NCBI GenBank assembly: GCA_963720565.1
Contig: CAVRFW010000009.1
Location: forward strand, 352,001 to 416,000
DNA length: 64,000 bases
Direction of reading: 5' to 3'
Origin: Candidatus Bathyarchaeota archaeon
GTDB lineage: Archaea > Thermoproteota > Bathyarchaeia > Bathyarchaeales > Bathycorpusculaceae
Below the pieces are notes generated by a model. The model had not been told where the DNA came from. It saw only the letters and a program-made list of their open reading frames with translations, and ran no database searches. Below, piece by piece: positions 59,642-64,000 of the stretch; the stretch's first letter is position 1; every line of letters starts with the position of its first letter. A program made the translations under genes and the position numbers.

Positions 59642-62546
59642 TTATTTCTGTTTCTCCTTGTCTTCCCAAAATTCTTTTGTGCGCAAATATTGAATTTTGG
59701 CTTTGATTAAGTCAAGATAAAAATCATCTTGGTTTGGGTGCATCTTACCTAGAATTCTTGAGGCCGTCTCGGGTCCGACACCTTTGACCTGTAAGGCTCT
59801 CAAGGCCTGTTTCCCGTAACTCAGCAGCAAATCCGCTTTGCGTCTTGCCTGCGTGAGTTCTTTAAGCTCTTCGGGGTTCAGCTGTTTGTTTTCACGTCTC
59901 CTGAGCAGGAATTCTTTCAGACGGTTTTCGTCTTGGCCGTGATATGTCACTGTTAAGAGATTTGAACCGCACTTTCCACAAGCTGGCTTTTCAGGCAGGT
60001 CTTTGACTCTAAACTGGCTTGTCCACTCAGCGCAGTTCATGCATAACAACGTAACCATTCGTGCTTCGATGGAGTTTCTCATTTTGTCAATATTGCTCAG
60101 AATCACACGTTCGGGCGCCATCAACTCGGAAATATCCGCGTATTGGGATAGAATATGGTACGCCAGCGGAGTTGGCTTCTCGGACCTGACCACAGTGTTG
60201 ACAACAATCTTTCCCTCCTTCACGTTATGCAATATCTGTTTAACTTTTGGCAAGTCAGCCTTCTCAAGCATCGCTTCGCGTAACGTTTCATCGTAAATCG
60301 GAGTACCCTCAAACGCAGCTTTCAACGTTGCCAGTCGTTCGTAACTCATGGTTTTCCCTCGTGGCAGCGCGCCGAACCTTTCAGCCACAAACTTCATCTT
60401 GTACGCGAAAGGAAACTTGGCTTTCACAGTATTTTCCGAAGGCAGCATCTGCTTCTTCATCCGTAAGATTGAAAAGCCATCCAACCATGTTCCCAATTTC
60501 ATACTTTGATATTTTTCTGGGAGTCTCTACAAGGATGCGGTAGCCATCTGCCCACCAGCCCGTAATAACTTCTCTCTCTGAGAGGACTGAGTCGATGATT
60601 CCTCCCAGAGTCTTGTTGACTATCTCACCGAAACATGCGTGAACAATCAAGTATTTATCGAATGCTTCAACAAGTATCCGACCGTCCGTGGGCAAAGGTA
60701 CGCCTTCCTTCAAGTGTTCTTCGATTTCTTTCACGGTTTCCATGAGTGTTGCTTTGTCAGTTTTTAGTTCTTCAGAAATTTCTTCGGCAACTTGCTCCGA
60801 GCTCTTGTTCTTCCCTAGCATTTTGCCTATTCTATCGCGGGAAGAGCCAGTTTGCTGTGCCAACTCGAATGGTACTGGCAGTATTTCTCCGTCCCAACCT
60901 GGAATTGCAGCGAAAGGATCTTCAGCGGGAAGAACGTGAACGGTTCCTGTTTCTTCTTCGATTTGTATTATTCGCCAGACTTTTCCTCGCATAATGAAGT
61001 GGAGACCTATGCGCGCGTCGAGCGCCATGAATTCATCGCCCAAAGAGCCGATTTTTCTATCCGATAACACGTTTATGACTGGATAGCGCCTCTCGTCGGG
61101 AATCATGCTCAAATTTCCATAGTAGTACTCCCGTGTTCTCCCTGTTCTCCTCAAAACTTTGCCTTCTGGATCCAAACGCAATTTGTTTAGATTTTCTAGA
61201 AAGTCTATTACGTTGTGCAGCTTCCTGCTGGGAAACCTTCGGTAAGGATAAGCCCTACGTACAATTGCAGTCAGCTCTTTCAGCGTTATGCTTTGATTGT
61301 CGAGCAGGATTCCCGCGATCTGATGAGCTAAAACATCCAATGCGTTCTCGTGAAACAATACTGGCTCAATCCGATTTTCAACTGCATTGTTCACAGCGGC
61401 AATAGACTCCAAAGTGTCATCAGAGTAAACCGTGACTATCACGCCTTCGGAAAGTCTTTCCAGACTGTGACCGCTTCTTCCTACTCTTTGGATTAAGCTG
61501 TTGACTTGTCTGGGCGACATGTACTGGATAACCAAGTCCACATTGCCGATGTCTATGCCGAGCTCTAAAGTGCTTGTGCAGATGATTGCTTTTAGCAATC
61601 CAGCCTTGAACTGGTCTTCGATACTCACCCGTTCTTCCTTCGAGAGGGAACCGTGATGAACTGCTATGTCTTGACGGTTTAGCTGACTGAACTTGTGTCC
61701 AAGCATTTCAGCGAGGGTGCGGCTGTTAACAAATACAAGAGTTGAATTGTGGCTGTCTATGAGCTCAGTTAATCGTCTTATTCGGGCGGCAGCTTCTGGA
61801 CTGGTTTCCAGTTTTCCTGCTGTTTCATAATCAGCTTCTGTGGGTGCAGGGCTCTCTATACGGTACTCATATTTCTTGGATAGAACAGATTGGATGATGT
61901 CTACAGCTCTTTTTGTTCCACAGATAAATTTAGCTACTTCTTCCGGGTTGCCAACTGTAGCGGACAAGCCAATTCTCTGAAACTCGTGCTGCGTGACTTC
62001 CTTTAAGCGTTCAAGCGCTATGGTTAATTGGATGCCGCGCTTGCTCTCAGCAAGCTCGTGCACCTCATCGATAATAACGTATCGGACGTTGGCCAGATGT
62101 TTGCGAAACTGTGATCCTGGAAGAACCGCTTGCAGCGTTTCTGGCGTTGTAACAAGAATTTGTGGTGGTTGGCGAGCTTGTTTTCTACGTGTTTTTGTTT
62201 CGGTGTCCCCATGCCTGACTTCAACTTTTATTTCTAGTTGCTCTGACCAGAACTTTAAGCGTTTGAGCATGTCCCGGTTTAATGCTCTTAGCGGCGTGAT
62301 ATAGATGACCTGTATGCCATTTTTTGTTTTTTCTGGATGTTCGCATAGCTCTGAAAAAATTGGAAGAAGAACAGCTTCGGTCTTCCCAGTACCAGTTGGT
62401 GCGATAAGCAGCACGTTCTTGCCCTTTAAAATGGAGGGAAAAGCCATGCTTTGAGGCAGTGTGGGCTTCGAAAACCCAAGTTCAGCCAACACCTTGCGGA
62501 CGGGCTTTGCAAGTAAATCGAAGGCAGAACTGTCATCCTTAAGCAT
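59642..62546 (-). CDS. lhr: Lhr-type SF2 helicase with C-terminal Zn ribbon, frameshift near 60415
   Basis: APTGTGKT, RHGDT, TTPE, DEVH, GLSATV, HHGSLS, TSTLELGIDIG, QRVGRSGH, LDVLAHQ; CMNC...CGKC; GVGPETA. Confidence 0.9.
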
Positions 62547-62849
62547 AGTTACACGTGCCAAGACAACTACTGACTATGTACGTTTTATCTTTTTATCTAT
62601 GTTTCAGACGCGGCAAAGATCGAAAACCATTCCCTCAACCACCTCCACCGCTATAGATCCGAGAAAAGACTCCGACTTCCGCCCTACCGTACTATGAGAT
62701 CGCCAATCAGGCTAACCAGCGCTTGCTACAGTTTCGTAGTGCCCGCATCTTCGTCTTAAGTCTGCTGGATTTACTGCTCTAAGATTAGCGTTGTTGCCCC
62801 TGTGTCGGAACTCTTCTCGGCAGATTTTTCCAAAAGCTGGAATTTCGCG

Positions 62850-63665
62850 TTAAGAAAAGAGAAGAAGACCTAGTGATGGCAACAAACTTAGTGCTGTGGG
62901 AATAGGAAGTCCTGGAAAGCGAGACTGTTTTGCAGCTACTTTCATCGTGATGTAAGAGCCTATCAGAACAAGCACGAGCGATAGGATTCCTGGGTAGATT
63001 CCGAAGTATATTGAGGTGTTTGCAGTAATAATTGAGTAGCAAATTAGGTCTCCTATTCCGATACCCCACTCTGTGGTTGAGAAGGTCAATTGCTGAAGTA
63101 TTTCCTCATATTTCAATTCGCCGAATGATTTCTGAATTGATTTGTTTAAGACTAGAATCGTGTCGGCAATTGAAAACGCAATTAGAACTCCCAAAACTAG
63201 TGAAGTCGGCATTATGACTCCTATGAGTGCTCCAAAAGCTCCGCTGGAAATTACAAATAGTCTATTTCTCTCTCTCACCGGGAGATTGCCAATGAAAACA
63301 AGAAATGCGCCAAACATGCCGACGAAAGTCGCTGCCGCCGGAACCAGTAGCAGAAGCTGAGAATCTGATCCCGTCATGATGAACACAAGCCTCGACACAA
63401 GCAGTATGGAGTAACATCCTGCCAGAATGTAAAAAGACGCCAATACTCTCACGGCAATCTCTTTGCCTGTTTTGACCGCGCGAAGAAAAAGGTACAAGAT
63501 AACAACTGTCGAAACTGCCATTATGAATAGGTTGACTGGCGAGAAAACTTCAAAGTTGAAAAGTGAGAGCAAAGAGTCTTTATTGTAGGGTTGCGAAACC
63601 AGCACTAACTGCGAAAAAACTATAGCTATAAGAATCGTGAAGAAAATTGGAAGTGCAAAACTCAT
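62850..63665 (-). CDS. Presenilin/SPP-like GxGD intramembrane aspartyl protease
   Basis: Multi-TM; SIAD, GIGIGD, PGLP. Confidence 0.75.
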   Translation of the reverse strand: MSFALPIFFTILIAIVFSQLVLVSQPYNKDSLLSLFNFEVFSPVNLFIMAVSTVVILYLFLRAVKTGKEIAVRVLASFYILAGCYSILLVSRLVFIMTGSDSQLLLLVPAAATFVGMFGAFLVFIGNLPVRERNRLFVISSGAFGALIGVIMPTSLVLGVLIAFSIADTILVLNKSIQKSFGELKYEEILQQLTFSTTEWGIGIGDLICYSIITANTSIYFGIYPGILSLVLVLIGSYITMKVAAKQSRFPGLPIPTALSLLPSLGLLLFS

Positions 63666-63898
63666 TTTGCCTGTCTTGTAGGAGCAGAACGATTTGGAAA
63701 AACTAAATTCTGCCACACAAATCTGCCCACAAATACTTCTTTGTGGATTGTCATTAACTTTTCTATTAATCAGGACATCCAAAGCTACCTGCGGTTTTCT
63801 TCGAGCACAAGCACGGCAGGAGAGGTTTCAAGAGAGCTCTGAAAAAGCTAATTTAAGAGTGGTCGAGATAGTGAGGCTTATTCCCGGCTGATTTGCCC

Positions 63899-64000
63899 AT
63901 GAAGAGAATACTGCTAGTAACCTTTCTGAATTTCTTCGTTTCGGGAGGACTAACATTAGCGATTCCATTATTGCTTCTAGAACAAAACGTCGACTTGATA
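63899..64000 (+). CDS. 5' end of a membrane protein, probably MFS, truncated by the window
   Basis: MKRILLVTFLNFFVSGGLTLAIPLLLLEQNVDLI. Confidence 0.5.
   Translation, partial: MKRILLVTFLNFFVSGGLTLAIPLLLLEQNVDLI

Noticed and set aside
16..62546. Frameshifts in ppa, APC permease, hdrA, DUF4145, VIT1-like and lhr as pseudogenes or programmed frameshifts
   Set aside because: Scattered single-base indels in conserved genes with no shared slippery motif are most simply long-read consensus errors. The same caveat applies to frameshifts in the cassette genes.
62600..62790. GC-richer intergenic stretch upstream of lhr with short stems as an ncRNA
   Set aside because: No recognisable SRP, RNase P or riboswitch motifs; stems are short and could be chance.
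37..63891. Numerous short ORF-track entries overlapping larger genes on other frames or strands
   Set aside because: Shadow ORFs without motifs.

Overview
Archaeal chromosomal segment, most consistent with Bathyarchaeia (inferred from gene content: HdrA-MvhD fusion, NucS, Dph5, RibL/RibK, eL22, Elf1-like, CdvA-like, and many MKKT-signal...YFKK-tail surface proteins). Positions 1-15215 and about 42500-64000 are mostly housekeeping. Several core genes carry single-base frameshifts that look like long-read consensus errors. Directly after tRNA-Arg(TCT), a probable split-integrase N-fragment begins an accessory region of about 15.2-42 kb. The main observation is an integron-like array of one- or two-gene units encoding small paralogous membrane proteins and secreted surface proteins. 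The units are delimited by a recurring 22-bp quasi-palindrome (9-bp arm, 4 bp, 9-bp arm) of two variants, TGCGTAGAG-AAAA-CTTTACNNN and TTAGTCAAG-AAAC-CTTTACAAA. They do not resemble attC and no intact recombinase is visible in the window. Other observations: short (CG)n tracts at block junctions, a candidate ~270-nt structured C/D-box-type ncRNA, a DUF2400-like/PD-(D/E)XK nuclease fusion next to Lhr, a PQQ-propeller/ArnT-like fusion, and a 16x12-bp coding tandem repeat in the CdvA-like gene. All product calls are by-eye motif recognition, not database searches.
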